A stretch of 29,759 nt of DNA from Planctomycetota bacterium (GTDB lineage Bacteria; Planctomycetota; UBA11346). The stretch covers positions 1-29,759 of the forward strand of contig JBBRLJ010000053.1 in NCBI GenBank assembly GCA_038231435.1, in the 5' to 3' direction. A model generated the notes under the pieces. That model was not told the origin of the DNA. It made no database searches and saw nothing but the letters and a program-made list of their open reading frames with translations. This document shows, one piece after another, positions 1 to 8,791 of the stretch. How positions within the stretch are numbered: position 1 is the first letter of the stretch; the number at the start of each line of letters is the position of its first letter. The position numbers and the translations under genes are program-made.

Positions 1-46
1 CCGGGGGGACAGCGACTCCACCCCGGCAGCCACCCCCCAGTTTTGA

Positions 47-209
47 CGGGGGGCCCCATCGCTCCGCGATGGGGCGGGCGCCGAGGGGCGGTCGGCGGAT
101 ACAATCGGCGTAGCCGATCCGCCGACGATTTCGTAGCGCAGCGAAGAAATCGAGCCCCGACAAAGCCCGTGGGGTAGGCCCGCAGGGCCGTAGGGGCGAA
201 GCCCCTGAA
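47..209 (-). repeat. Multi-hairpin dispersed repeat (REP/MITE-like), diverged copy of the element at 29344-29759
   Basis: The reverse complement reads ttcaggggcttcgcccctacggccctgcgggcctaccccacgggctttgtcggggctcgatttc...gccccatcgcggagcgatggggcccccc and is colinear with 29486-29645. Further hairpins at 1-26 and 33-53 suggest the element may continue off the window edge. Confidence 0.92.
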
Positions 210-212
210 GAA

Positions 213-1613
213 TTAGCCCTTCTCGATTCCCAGCTGGTCCATGCGCTTCTTCAAGGTGATGCGGTTGATGCCGAGGATCTCGGCGGCCTTGAGTTGATTC
301 CCGGCGGTGCGGGCGAGCACTTCGCGGAAGAGCGCGGATTCGATCTCGTCGAGCGCGCGCTGGTGGACTTCTCCGGGATGCTGGTTGACCAGGCGTGCTC
401 CGAGGGCGGCGATCGCGGCATTGAGCGTGGACGGAGCCGGGCCATCGGCCGACGGGTTGATGGATAGGTGCTCAGGACCGATGATGCCGCCCTGGGCGAG
501 CACGGCGGATTCCTCGAGCACGTGCTTGAGCTCGCGGACGTTGCCGGGCCAGCGATGGCGCTTGAGGGACTCCATCGCCTCGCCGGTGATCGCGACCTGG
601 CGCGACAGGCGGGTGGCGATGCGGCCGAGCACGAAGCGCACCAACGCCGGCAGATCGTCGAGACGATCGACCAGCGCCGGCAGATGGATGGTCACCACGC
701 GCAGCCGATAGCCGAGATCCTCTCGGAACGAACCGCTCGCGGCCGCCTTGGCGAGATCGCGGTTGGTGGCGGCGACGATGCGCACGTCGACTTTGATCTC
801 GTCTTCTCCGCCCACGCGGGTGAAGCGCTGGTCCTCGAGGAAGCGCAGCAGCTTGACCTGCGCCGGCGGCGGCAGCTCGCCGATCTCGTCGAGGAACAGC
901 GTGCCCCCGTTCGCAGCCTCGACGCGGCCTATCTTGCGCGTGCGCGCGTCGGTGAAGGCGCCGGGTTCGTGGCCGAACAGTTCGCTCTCGACCAGCCCGT
1001 CCGGCAGCGCCCCGCAGTTGACCGCGATGAACGGTTGGTCGCGGCGCGGGCTGAAGCGGTGCAGGGATCTGGCCACCAGCTCCTTGCCGGTGCCGGACTG
1101 GCCGGTGATGAGCACGCCCAGGTCGGTACCGGCGGATGCCGCGATGCGGCGGTACACTTCCTGCATCGCCGGCGTCGAGCCGACCAGGGTGTGTTCGGGC
1201 TCCGAGCCTGGACTCTGCGGATGGGCCGCGGCCGCGAGCGTATCCTCGCCAAGCGCGCGGCGCACCAGATCGAGGGTACGATCGAGGTCGAGGGGTTTGG
1301 GCAGGTAGTCGAAGGCGCCACGGCGCACCGCCTCGACGGCGGTCTCCATGGTCCCATGAGCGGTGGACACCACCACCGGCAGGGACGGATGCTCGACGTG
1401 CAGCGCCGCCAGGAGGTCGAGGCCGCTCTCGCCGGGCATGCGCACGTCCGTGATGACCAGGTCGGGACGGTGCCGACGCACGGCGCGCCGGGCAGCTGCG
1501 GCGTCGGCCGCCACCTGGACGCGGTAGCCGTGCGAGACGAGCGCCTGCTCGAGCGCCCAACACACGGCCGCGTCGTCGTCTACCACCAGGATGAGCGAGG
1601 CGTCGTCGGGCAT
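213..1613 (-). CDS. Sigma-54-dependent response regulator, NtrC/AtoC family (REC + AAA+ + Fis-type HTH)
   Basis: REC (ILVVDDD, DVRMPG, FDYLPKP), Walker [24 protein letters not shown], Walker [28 protein letters not shown]-terminal [17 protein letters not shown]. Start taken at ATG 1613; 1628 is an alternative. Confidence 0.95.
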   Translation of the reverse strand: MPDDASLILVVDDDAAVCWALEQALVSHGYRVQVAADAAAARRAVRRHRPDLVITDVRMPGESGLDLLAALHVEHPSLPVVVSTAHGTMETAVEAVRRGAFDYLPKPLDLDRTLDLVRRALGEDTLAAAAHPQSPGSEPEHTLVGSTPAMQEVYRRIAASAGTDLGVLITGQSGTGKELVARSLHRFSPRRDQPFIAVNCGALPDGLVESELFGHEPGAFTDARTRKIGRVEAANGGTLFLDEIGELPPPAQVKLLRFLEDQRFTRVGGEDEIKVDVRIVAATNRDLAKAAASGSFREDLGYRLRVVTIHLPALVDRLDDLPALVRFVLGRIATRLSRQVAITGEAMESLKRHRWPGNVRELKHVLEESAVLAQGGIIGPEHLSINPSADGPAPSTLNAAIAALGARLVNQHPGEVHQRALDEIESALFREVLARTAGNQLKAAEILGINRITLKKRMDQLGIEKG

Positions 1614-1686
1614 CGGACGGGCCAGCATGCGGCCTGGATGCGGCGACGGAAGCCTGGTGCGAGCAAGCGCCTGGAACCAGGGGCGG

Positions 1687-1716
1687 TTGACAGGCGGGAG
1701 TGCCGTGGTGTATCAA
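1687..1716 (+). promoter_or_regulatory. Candidate sigma-70 promoter for the OM barrel gene
   Basis: Perfect TTGACA (1687-1692), 18-nt spacer, then TATCAA (1711-1716), in the short divergent intergenic region. Confidence 0.45.
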
Positions 1717-1746
1717 ACCCACACCTGCCGTCCTTGGAGACCCCTC

Positions 1747-3267
1747 GTGCCCAGCCAGACCCCTCGAATCCCGACCTCCGGCCTCGCGATCGGCATCGGC
1801 GCCACGCTCGCCTCTCTGGCGTGGAGCGGAGCGGTACACGCCCAGGATTCGTTCATCGTCGGGCCGCGGGCCCTGGGCATGGGCGGGGCGAACGTCGCGG
1901 TCACCGACGACTACACCGCGCAATTCTACAATCCGGGCGCCTTCGGATTCTTCCGCGAGCGCAACGAGACCGGCGAGCGCACCGCGCTCGACAACAACGA
2001 CATCGGGCGCAAGAGCTGGGGCTTCGGGGTCGATGCCGGCGCCGGCAGCCAGGTGCAAGGCCAGATGGGCCGCTACCTCGATCAGCTCCAGTCGGTCGAC
2101 TACCAGCGCCTCGGCGCCCAGGGCGTGCAGAACGCCCAGGATGTGCAGGACCTGGTGAAGGTCGCCAACGGGCTCGCGCACGTCAACGACACCGGCAACG
2201 CCGTTTCGGGCGAGGCCACCGGCGGCGTCGGATTCCGCTTCCCCAATCCCTTCGGCCGCGGGTCCTTCGGACTCGGAGCGCGCGGCTTCTTCCAGGCCAC
2301 GGGCAAGGTGCAGAACGTCGATCGCACCAACCTCGGATTCTCGGTGGGCAACCTCGACACCCAGATCACCGCCAGTGGCGCCTCGGGCGACGGCACGGTG
2401 CAGGTGTTCACGCCAGCGCAGCAGGCGCAGCTCTCGGGCGCCGGCCTGAGCGCGAATTCGATCCAGGTGCTCGACCTCAATGCCCGTACCCAGGGCGTGA
2501 CCCCTGCTGAGGCTCAAGGCTTCACCGACCTACTCACCCAGATCGCCGCCACCACTGGTGGCGCCGGCGGCGGACCACTCAGCTCGAACACCACCAGCGT
2601 GGTCTTCCGCGGCTTCGGGCTGGGCGAGGTCCCCCTCACCTACGGTCGTTCGATCGGTCCGATGCTCAGCGTCGGCGCCTCCGTGAAGCTGATGGTAGGT
2701 CGGGTTTACGGCACTTCGGTGCTGGTGTTCAGCGACAACGCCGACCAGGCGTTCTCGAACATGAACAGCAACTACCGCCAGACCATCAACGTCGGCGTCG
2801 ACGTCGGCGCCATGCTGCGCCTACCGAAGCTGCAGGTGGGCCTGGTGGGACGAAACCTCAACGCCCCGAATTTCAAGGGGCCGACCGTCAATGGCGTCAC
2901 CTTCAACGACGTGCGCGTCGATCCCCAGGCGACCCTGGGTGTCGCCTTCATCCCCTTCACAACGCTCGCCATCGAGGCCGACTGCGACCTCAACCCGGCG
3001 TCGACCACCCTCGACGGCTACGACACCCAACGGCTGTCCGGCGGCATCGAATGGAATATCGGCCACGTGCTCGCGCTGCGTGCCGGCGCCTTCACCAACC
3101 TCTCCGAGAACGACGTGCCCTACGTCGTCACCGGCGGCATCGGACTCAACCTGTTCCTCATCCGCCTCGACATCTCAGCGGGCGCGTCGCCCAAGCGCGA
3201 GCAGTTCAACGGGCACCAGTTCCCGAAGGAAGCGCACGCCGCGGTCGGGGTCCAGGTCGACTTCTGA
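1747..3267 (+). CDS. Outer-membrane beta-barrel protein, TraF_2 (conjugal transfer TraF-like)/FadL-PorV-like clan
   Basis: GTG 1747 is preceded by GGAGA. Signal peptide ends AVHA-QD. N-terminal GPRALGMGGANVA...FYNPG motif, alternating amphipathic beta-strands, and a terminal Phe (VGVQVDF) typical of BAM substrates. Confidence 0.8.
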   Translation: MPSQTPRIPTSGLAIGIGATLASLAWSGAVHAQDSFIVGPRALGMGGANVAVTDDYTAQFYNPGAFGFFRERNETGERTALDNNDIGRKSWGFGVDAGAGSQVQGQMGRYLDQLQSVDYQRLGAQGVQNAQDVQDLVKVANGLAHVNDTGNAVSGEATGGVGFRFPNPFGRGSFGLGARGFFQATGKVQNVDRTNLGFSVGNLDTQITASGASGDGTVQVFTPAQQAQLSGAGLSANSIQVLDLNARTQGVTPAEAQGFTDLLTQIAATTGGAGGGPLSSNTTSVVFRGFGLGEVPLTYGRSIGPMLSVGASVKLMVGRVYGTSVLVFSDNADQAFSNMNSNYRQTINVGVDVGAMLRLPKLQVGLVGRNLNAPNFKGPTVNGVTFNDVRVDPQATLGVAFIPFTTLAIEADCDLNPASTTLDGYDTQRLSGGIEWNIGHVLALRAGAFTNLSENDVPYVVTGGIGLNLFLIRLDISAGASPKREQFNGHQFPKEAHAAVGVQVDF

Positions 3268-3391
3268 TCTGCGCGATGGCGCGCATCGTCGCCGGTCACT
3301 CGTCTCGCCATCGCCGCTTCCCATCATCTTACCCCAATCTGTACAGGCGGGCGCGCGTTGACTTCCACGCAGCGGTGATGGGATCGGGACG

Positions 3392-4891
3392 ATGACCGCC
3401 ACGCCCGTCGAACGTGCCGCGCGTGACGACGGCGCTCCGGTCGCCGAGTTGGCGCGTCACGCGGCGACCTTCCTGGCGAGCGGCTCCTGGAATCGTGAAC
3501 GACTGGCCGCCATCGCCGCCGAATCCAACCACCTGCCGCCACGCTCCCTGGTCAACGCCAAGGCGCTCGGGCAACCGGACACGGCCGCGATCGTCACCGG
3601 TCAGCAGCCGGCCGTCGGAGGCGGCCCCCTCTACACCCTGATCAAGACCGCCCACGCCATCGCCATGGCGCGTGCGTTGTCGGCCGCGGGCACGCCGTCG
3701 GTGCCGGTGTTCTGGTGTGCGAGCGAGGATCACGATCTCGGCGAGGCCGGCCATGCCGATCTGATCCGCCGCGATGGCGCGATCACGCGCTACGCCAACA
3801 CGCTGGGTGGCGGCCGACAGAGCCTGCGCCACCGGCCCGCTCGTCTCTGGTGGGACGGTCTGATGGCCACCTGCCGCGAGCAGCTCGGCCCTGGACTCGG
3901 CGCGGATTTCCTCGCCAGTCATGCGCCGATCCACGGCGGCTCGGGCCATGGCGGCGACGACGGTGGCGAAGGAATGGGCGCGTGGCTGTGCCGTCTGCTG
4001 CGCTCGGTCTTCGCCGCTCACGGACTCGTCTGCCTGGAAGCGCACACGTTGCGGCCGCTGTGGCCAAATGCCCTGCGGGCGGCTCTCGAGCGTTGGCCCG
4101 CGGACGGACTCGCGCGCGTACGCGCGGCAGCGCTCGTGCGCGGAGCAGCCGATGCGTTCGGTGAGCTCCCCGAACCGCCGCTGTTCGCAGATCGTGCGGA
4201 CGCGCGAGAGAAGCTGACGCGCGAGCAGGCGCTGGAGCTCGCGCGCACGCGTCCGCTCGACCTCAGCCCCGGCGCGCCACTGCGCCCGATCCTGCAGCAG
4301 GCCGCGCTGCCTGCGGCGCTGTATGTGGGCGGACCTGGTGAACTCGCCTATCACGCCTTCCTCGGCCCGGTCTACGCAGCCGCTGGCGTGCAGCCGCCGC
4401 AGCTGGTGCCGCGCTGTTCGATGGCCCTGGCTCCGTCGTGGTGGACGCGCGCCGTGGCGCGCTGGGGCATCGACCCTGAGCGGATCTACGCCGACTCGGA
4501 GCCGCCCTTGCTGCCCGACCCCGGCGATCCGCTCGATGCTCCGCTGGACGTCCTGGACCACGCCATCGCGGACGTCGAACGCGCCGCCGAAGGACGCGAA
4601 GCAGTGGCGCTGCGCGCGCGGCGCCTGCGCCGCGACCAGAGACGCCTGCGGGCGGCAATCCAGACTGGCCTGCGCAAGGCCGCGTCGCTACCTCCGTTCG
4701 GCCAGGTGCGTGCCTGGCTCTACCCGCGCGGGCAGCCCCAGGAGCGCGTGATGAGCCTGTTCCAGGCGCTCTGGGAGCACGGCCCTGGCGTGGGCGAGGT
4801 CCTGGTTGAGGCCGCCGGCAGGCTCACGCCTGGGGAAGCGGGGGTGGTGAGGCTCGACGTACGTCAGGAAGGGCCAGAGACCGGATTCTAG
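3392..4891 (+). CDS. bshC: Bacillithiol biosynthesis cysteine-adding enzyme BshC
   Basis: Family motifs IVTGQQP..GGPLYTLIK, VPVFW.ASEDHD..E, SP...LRP..Q...LP...YVGGPGELAY and C-terminal PQERV. Confidence 0.88.
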   Translation: MTATPVERAARDDGAPVAELARHAATFLASGSWNRERLAAIAAESNHLPPRSLVNAKALGQPDTAAIVTGQQPAVGGGPLYTLIKTAHAIAMARALSAAGTPSVPVFWCASEDHDLGEAGHADLIRRDGAITRYANTLGGGRQSLRHRPARLWWDGLMATCREQLGPGLGADFLASHAPIHGGSGHGGDDGGEGMGAWLCRLLRSVFAAHGLVCLEAHTLRPLWPNALRAALERWPADGLARVRAAALVRGAADAFGELPEPPLFADRADAREKLTREQALELARTRPLDLSPGAPLRPILQQAALPAALYVGGPGELAYHAFLGPVYAAAGVQPPQLVPRCSMALAPSWWTRAVARWGIDPERIYADSEPPLLPDPGDPLDAPLDVLDHAIADVERAAEGREAVALRARRLRRDQRRLRAAIQTGLRKAASLPPFGQVRAWLYPRGQPQERVMSLFQALWEHGPGVGEVLVEAAGRLTPGEAGVVRLDVRQEGPETGF

Positions 4892-5010
4892 AACTCCAGC
4901 ATCCGTCTCTTATCCATCCGGCCTGCAAGCCTTCCGGCCTCCCCCGCTGATCCTGCCGCCCCATTGGCGCCGTTGCCCCCTCCCCGCCCAGGCGGTATAT
5001 ATCAGCACGC

Positions 5011-7719
5011 ATGGCCGACGATCCGCTCATCGGCTTCCAGACCGATTCGCTGCGCTTCGAGAAGCTCCTCGGCAAGGGCGCCATGGGGGCGGTCTACCGC
5101 GGGGTGCAGCTCGGGCTCGACCGCGCAGTGGCCATCAAGGTGATCTCGCCCCAGCTCGCGGATGATGCCGATTACATCGCGCGCTTCGGCCGCGAGGCCC
5201 GCACCATCGGCAAACTCGTCCACCCGAACGTGATCGCCTGCCACGATTTCGGCCCAAGCCCCGGTCCACGTGGCGAGCAGCTGTACCTGATGGTGCTCGA
5301 GTTCGTCGATGGCTGGAGCCTCGGCGGGCTCGCGAAGGGCAAACGCCTCGCGGTACGTCAGGTGCTCGAGCTGCACAGCCAGGCCGCCGAGGGTCTCTAC
5401 GCCGCGCACCAACTCGGCATCGTTCATCGCGACGTCAAGCCCGACAACATCATGGTGACCAAGACCGGCGATGCCAAGCTCGCCGACTTCGGGCTGGCGC
5501 GCCAGATGGAGAACGCGCAGCTCACGCAGGCCGGCTCGATCATGGGCAGCCCGGCCTTCATGTCTCCGGAAGCCTGCCGCGGTGAGGAGCCGACGCCGGC
5601 TTCAGACATCTACAGCCTCGGCTGCTCAGTCTACCAGACGCTCACCGGCGGGGCCGTCTATCCTTCGAACAGTGCGCTGCAGGTCATGCAGGAGCACTTG
5701 AATTCGCCGATCCCCAAGCTGAGTGCCAGCCGCCCCGATCTCGCGGCGCTGCAACCACTGCTCGAGCGCTGCCTGGCCAAGGATCCGAAGAGCCGTTTCC
5801 CAGATGCTCACGCGCTCGCCAAGGCCTTGCGCCACGCGGCCACGCAGGTGCCCAAAGACCTCATGGCGGGACGCATGGCGCGCGCCGAGCTGGCCTCGGC
5901 CGCAGAACCCGGGACGTCGCAGACCGAGGTCTCGCGCCCGTCACTGGGCAAGCGCGCCGACGCGACGCACGCCACGGAACCCATGTCGCCCGTGGTCAGG
6001 CAACGGCGCCGGCTGGTCGTCGGCGTGGTCGGCGCCATCGTCGCGTGCATAGTGGTGCTGGCGGTGGTGGGCAAGAAACCACCGCCATCACCAGCGACGC
6101 CCACCGTGCCCACCGTCGCCGTCACGCCAGCCGACGCGCATCCGGCCTCGCCCACTCCAGCCGTCCCCGCTCCCTCGCCCAAGACCGCGCCAGTGGACGC
6201 CCACACCGCCGCCATCACCGCGACCTTGGACAACGCCCAGCGTCTCATCCGCGACTCGGATCTGCCGAAGGCCGAAGCAACCCTGCGCGATCTCATGGTC
6301 AGCGGCGAGCTCAAGACGCGGAAGAAGGCGCTGCAGGAGGAACTCGACCAGGCTTGGAAGGCGCAGGCCGCCAAGATCGCCCAAGACCTCGATATCCAGG
6401 AGCGGTTGATCACGCGCGATACCGCGACGGCGATAGCCGGCCTGGAAGCCCTGCGCGTGCCCGATCACCACCCCGATCTGATCGCGCGGCGCGACAAGCT
6501 GCTGGCGCAGGCGCGCGAGCACAAGCCCGTCACGCCGCCGGTCGTCGCCGTCCGTCCGAGCACGCCCGACACCGCGCCCCAGACCGTGAACGAACTGCCC
6601 AAGGTGACGCTGCTACGCAACGAGGATCTCGCTCCGCTGCAGCGCGTGCCCGCCGGACACCCCCGCCTGCCCGGAAAGCTCCCGCTCGGGGACCTGCTGC
6701 TCGCCTTCAGCCAACCCTTCCAGGAGCGCACCTGCCTGCTGCTGCGCATGCCGGCAAGCCGCGGTGGCGAGGATGGGCTGCTGCTGGTCATCCATGGCGG
6801 AACGCTGGGAGAGAAACGCACCCTGCGCGTCGAAACCAGACCGCTCGGGGGCCAGGCGGCGGAGCTGTTGCAGAACGTCACCCTGTCGGGAACGGACTGG
6901 GATGTGGTGCCGTTGCGATTCACCGACCATATGCAGGGAATCCGCGAGGTCTTCCTGAGCACCGTTGGAACGGTGCGCGAGCCCTTCTACCTGGCCAAGG
7001 CAGCGTTCTGCGCGAACGGTATTCCGGGATGGAACGATCTCGGCCTGGCCGCGGGCACGCTCACCCAGATGGACACCCTACGCAACGGCTCCTTCTTCCA
7101 CCTGATCGGCGCGATCAAGTCGCGGCGCACGGACTTCCCCCAATACGACCAATGCCGGATCGCCCTGCCCGATGCATTGTTCAAGGACGCGCACGACCAG
7201 ATCGCCACGCTGCTCTCGTCTCTGGATGCGCGCTTCGCCACCGATCCCGCACATCCAGACCACGAGAAACCCAGCGCCGGCCGCGCGGTGATCCCGTATT
7301 CGAACGCCACCGCCGTTCGCTATCTCATCGACAAATCGGGCGGAGAGCGCGGCAAGACCAACGTCTTCTTCCTCCTGCTCTCGACGGCCAAAGCGCCAGA
7401 GATCAAGGCGCAGGAAGCGGTCGATTCATTCAAGGATGCCTGCGAGAAGGCTCCGGGGATCCTGCCGGTGCTGGTGCTGAGCTCGAACGCATACGAGGGA
7501 CCGCTGCGCGCCGAATGGCAGGCGCTGATCGCCGAGATCCGCGCCGGCTTGCCGGGCTTGCCGATCATCGATCTCGCCGAGGTGCCGATCCAGCTCGCCA
7601 GGTACGGCGTGCCGATCACGCTGTCGTCGAAGGCCGGTCAGGACGCTCTGCTGGCCGGATTCGAGGCGGGCGTGGCTGAATTGCGCTCGCGCATCGACTT
7701 CGTGATCAACCACTTCTGA
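5011..7719 (+). CDS. Membrane-anchored Hanks-type Ser/Thr protein kinase with large uncharacterised C-terminal region
   Basis: Intact GKGAMG, VAIK, HPNV, HRDVKPDN, DFG, GSPAFMSPE and SDIYSLG motifs. One TM helix (LVVGVVGAIVACIVVLAVV) after RQRRR, then a Pro/Thr-rich linker. Confidence 0.93.
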   Translation: MADDPLIGFQTDSLRFEKLLGKGAMGAVYRGVQLGLDRAVAIKVISPQLADDADYIARFGREARTIGKLVHPNVIACHDFGPSPGPRGEQLYLMVLEFVDGWSLGGLAKGKRLAVRQVLELHSQAAEGLYAAHQLGIVHRDVKPDNIMVTKTGDAKLADFGLARQMENAQLTQAGSIMGSPAFMSPEACRGEEPTPASDIYSLGCSVYQTLTGGAVYPSNSALQVMQEHLNSPIPKLSASRPDLAALQPLLERCLAKDPKSRFPDAHALAKALRHAATQVPKDLMAGRMARAELASAAEPGTSQTEVSRPSLGKRADATHATEPMSPVVRQRRRLVVGVVGAIVACIVVLAVVGKKPPPSPATPTVPTVAVTPADAHPASPTPAVPAPSPKTAPVDAHTAAITATLDNAQRLIRDSDLPKAEATLRDLMVSGELKTRKKALQEELDQAWKAQAAKIAQDLDIQERLITRDTATAIAGLEALRVPDHHPDLIARRDKLLAQAREHKPVTPPVVAVRPSTPDTAPQTVNELPKVTLLRNEDLAPLQRVPAGHPRLPGKLPLGDLLLAFSQPFQERTCLLLRMPASRGGEDGLLLVIHGGTLGEKRTLRVETRPLGGQAAELLQNVTLSGTDWDVVPLRFTDHMQGIREVFLSTVGTVREPFYLAKAAFCANGIPGWNDLGLAAGTLTQMDTLRNGSFFHLIGAIKSRRTDFPQYDQCRIALPDALFKDAHDQIATLLSSLDARFATDPAHPDHEKPSAGRAVIPYSNATAVRYLIDKSGGERGKTNVFFLLLSTAKAPEIKAQEAVDSFKDACEKAPGILPVLVLSSNAYEGPLRAEWQALIAEIRAGLPGLPIIDLAEVPIQLARYGVPITLSSKAGQDALLAGFEAGVAELRSRIDFVINHF

Positions 7720-7729
7720 TCGGCTCTAT

Positions 7730-7762
7730 CTCCAGCCGAGCTCCAGCGGAGCTCCACCCGAG
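7730..7762. repeat. Three tandem 11-bp direct repeats overlapping a 7-bp hairpin between convergent genes
   Basis: ctccagccgag / ctccagcggag / ctccacccgag; inverted repeat gagctcc-agc-ggagctc at 7738-7754. Confidence 0.7.
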
Positions 7763-7795
7763 GAAAGCGCTCGAACGCCCACCTCGTGGTGCCAG

Positions 7796-8791
7796 TCAGC
7801 GCGCGGCCGCGGCGCGATCGGGCTGCAGTCCGCGCACCAGCAGCAGATCCTCGCAGGCGTCATCGATGGTCGCCAGCTCCTCGGGCCAGGCCGCCTCGCC
7901 GGCGCAGTGCGCCGCGAAGCAGTCGTACGGCGTGCCGACCGCCGCGGGCGCGACGAACAGCCGTTCGTCACCACGGCGGGTCGCGCGCAGGTAGGGTCTG
8001 CCCTCGCGCGTCGCCGGCTCGCAATACCAGCCCTCGCTGGTCACCAGCATCAGGTGGTCGAGGTGCTCGCGATCATTGCCCTCGCGAGACCAGGTCGCCA
8101 GCTCAGCGGCCCAGGTGATGAACAGGTAGGCCGCCCCGCGATCGGCGAAATCGACCTTCATGGATTCGGTGTCGGCGCAGGGGATGTCCTGGACCAGACG
8201 GTCGCTGCTCAGCGTCGCGCGTACCACCGGCCGCCCCATCAAGAAGCGCGCGGCGTTGAGATTGTGGATCATCGCGTCCATGAACGGTCCGCCGTTCTTG
8301 ACGGGATCGGTCGCCCAGGCGTTCCACTTCGGCGACGCGTGCACCCAGTCGCGTTTGTACAGCGCGAGCTTGCCGAGCTCACCGCCCACGAGTACCGCCT
8401 TGGCCGCGCGCGCGAACGCGTCGCCGGTACGGCCGTAGATGACCGCGGCCTTGCGCCCGGATCCGGCGACCGCGGCGCGGATGCGGCGAGCGTCCTCTGG
8501 CGAGGCGGCCAGCGGCTTGGTCGCGAGCACGTGCTTGCCGGCTTTGAGCGCGGCGATGAAGGGATCGGCGCGCAGCCACGGCGGCATGAACAGCGCGACC
8601 GCATCCACGGTGGGATCGGCGATGATGTCCTCGGCCGACGGCGCCACGCGGGCACCGAGCTTGGTGGCCCAGTGATTCGCGCGTTCGGCCGAGGGATCGA
8701 AGACTGAGGCCACGCTCAGGCGCGTGCTCGAGGACAGGGACGGCGCCTGCCAGCGCAGAAAATCGCCGCAGCCGATGATACCGAGCTTCAT
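7796..8791 (-). CDS. Gfo/Idh/MocA family oxidoreductase
   Basis: MKLGIIGCG Rossmann start, GKHVLATKPLA (variant of EKP), GGPFMDAMIH. Start overlaps the upstream stop (ATGA). Confidence 0.92.
   Translation of the reverse strand: MKLGIIGCGDFLRWQAPSLSSSTRLSVASVFDPSAERANHWATKLGARVAPSAEDIIADPTVDAVALFMPPWLRADPFIAALKAGKHVLATKPLAASPEDARRIRAAVAGSGRKAAVIYGRTGDAFARAAKAVLVGGELGKLALYKRDWVHASPKWNAWATDPVKNGGPFMDAMIHNLNAARFLMGRPVVRATLSSDRLVQDIPCADTESMKVDFADRGAAYLFITWAAELATWSREGNDREHLDHLMLVTSEGWYCEPATREGRPYLRATRRGDERLFVAPAAVGTPYDCFAAHCAGEAAWPEELATIDDACEDLLLVRGLQPDRAAAAR

Noticed and set aside
1591..1746. ORF-track N-terminal extensions (also 9557, 9975, 10740, 18806, 18919, 22950, 28628)
   Set aside because: They overlap neighbouring genes or promoters and have non-protein-like composition. 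Downstream starts have SD or -10 signals and match family N-termini.
468..2517. 680/681-aa ORFs and similar long alternative-frame ORFs (6045-7679, 10881-12464, 15169-16944, 16920-18422, 24281-26290)
   Set aside because: Shadow ORFs overlapping well-supported genes, with R/G/A/P-rich composition typical of non-coding frames in high-GC DNA.
3268..3391. Riboswitch or ncRNA upstream of bshC
   Set aside because: Several short inverted repeats exist (tgcgcg/cgcgca, gatggcg/cgccatc, cccatca/tgatggg), but I see no recognisable aptamer motif or U-tailed terminator. Such stems are expected at this GC content.
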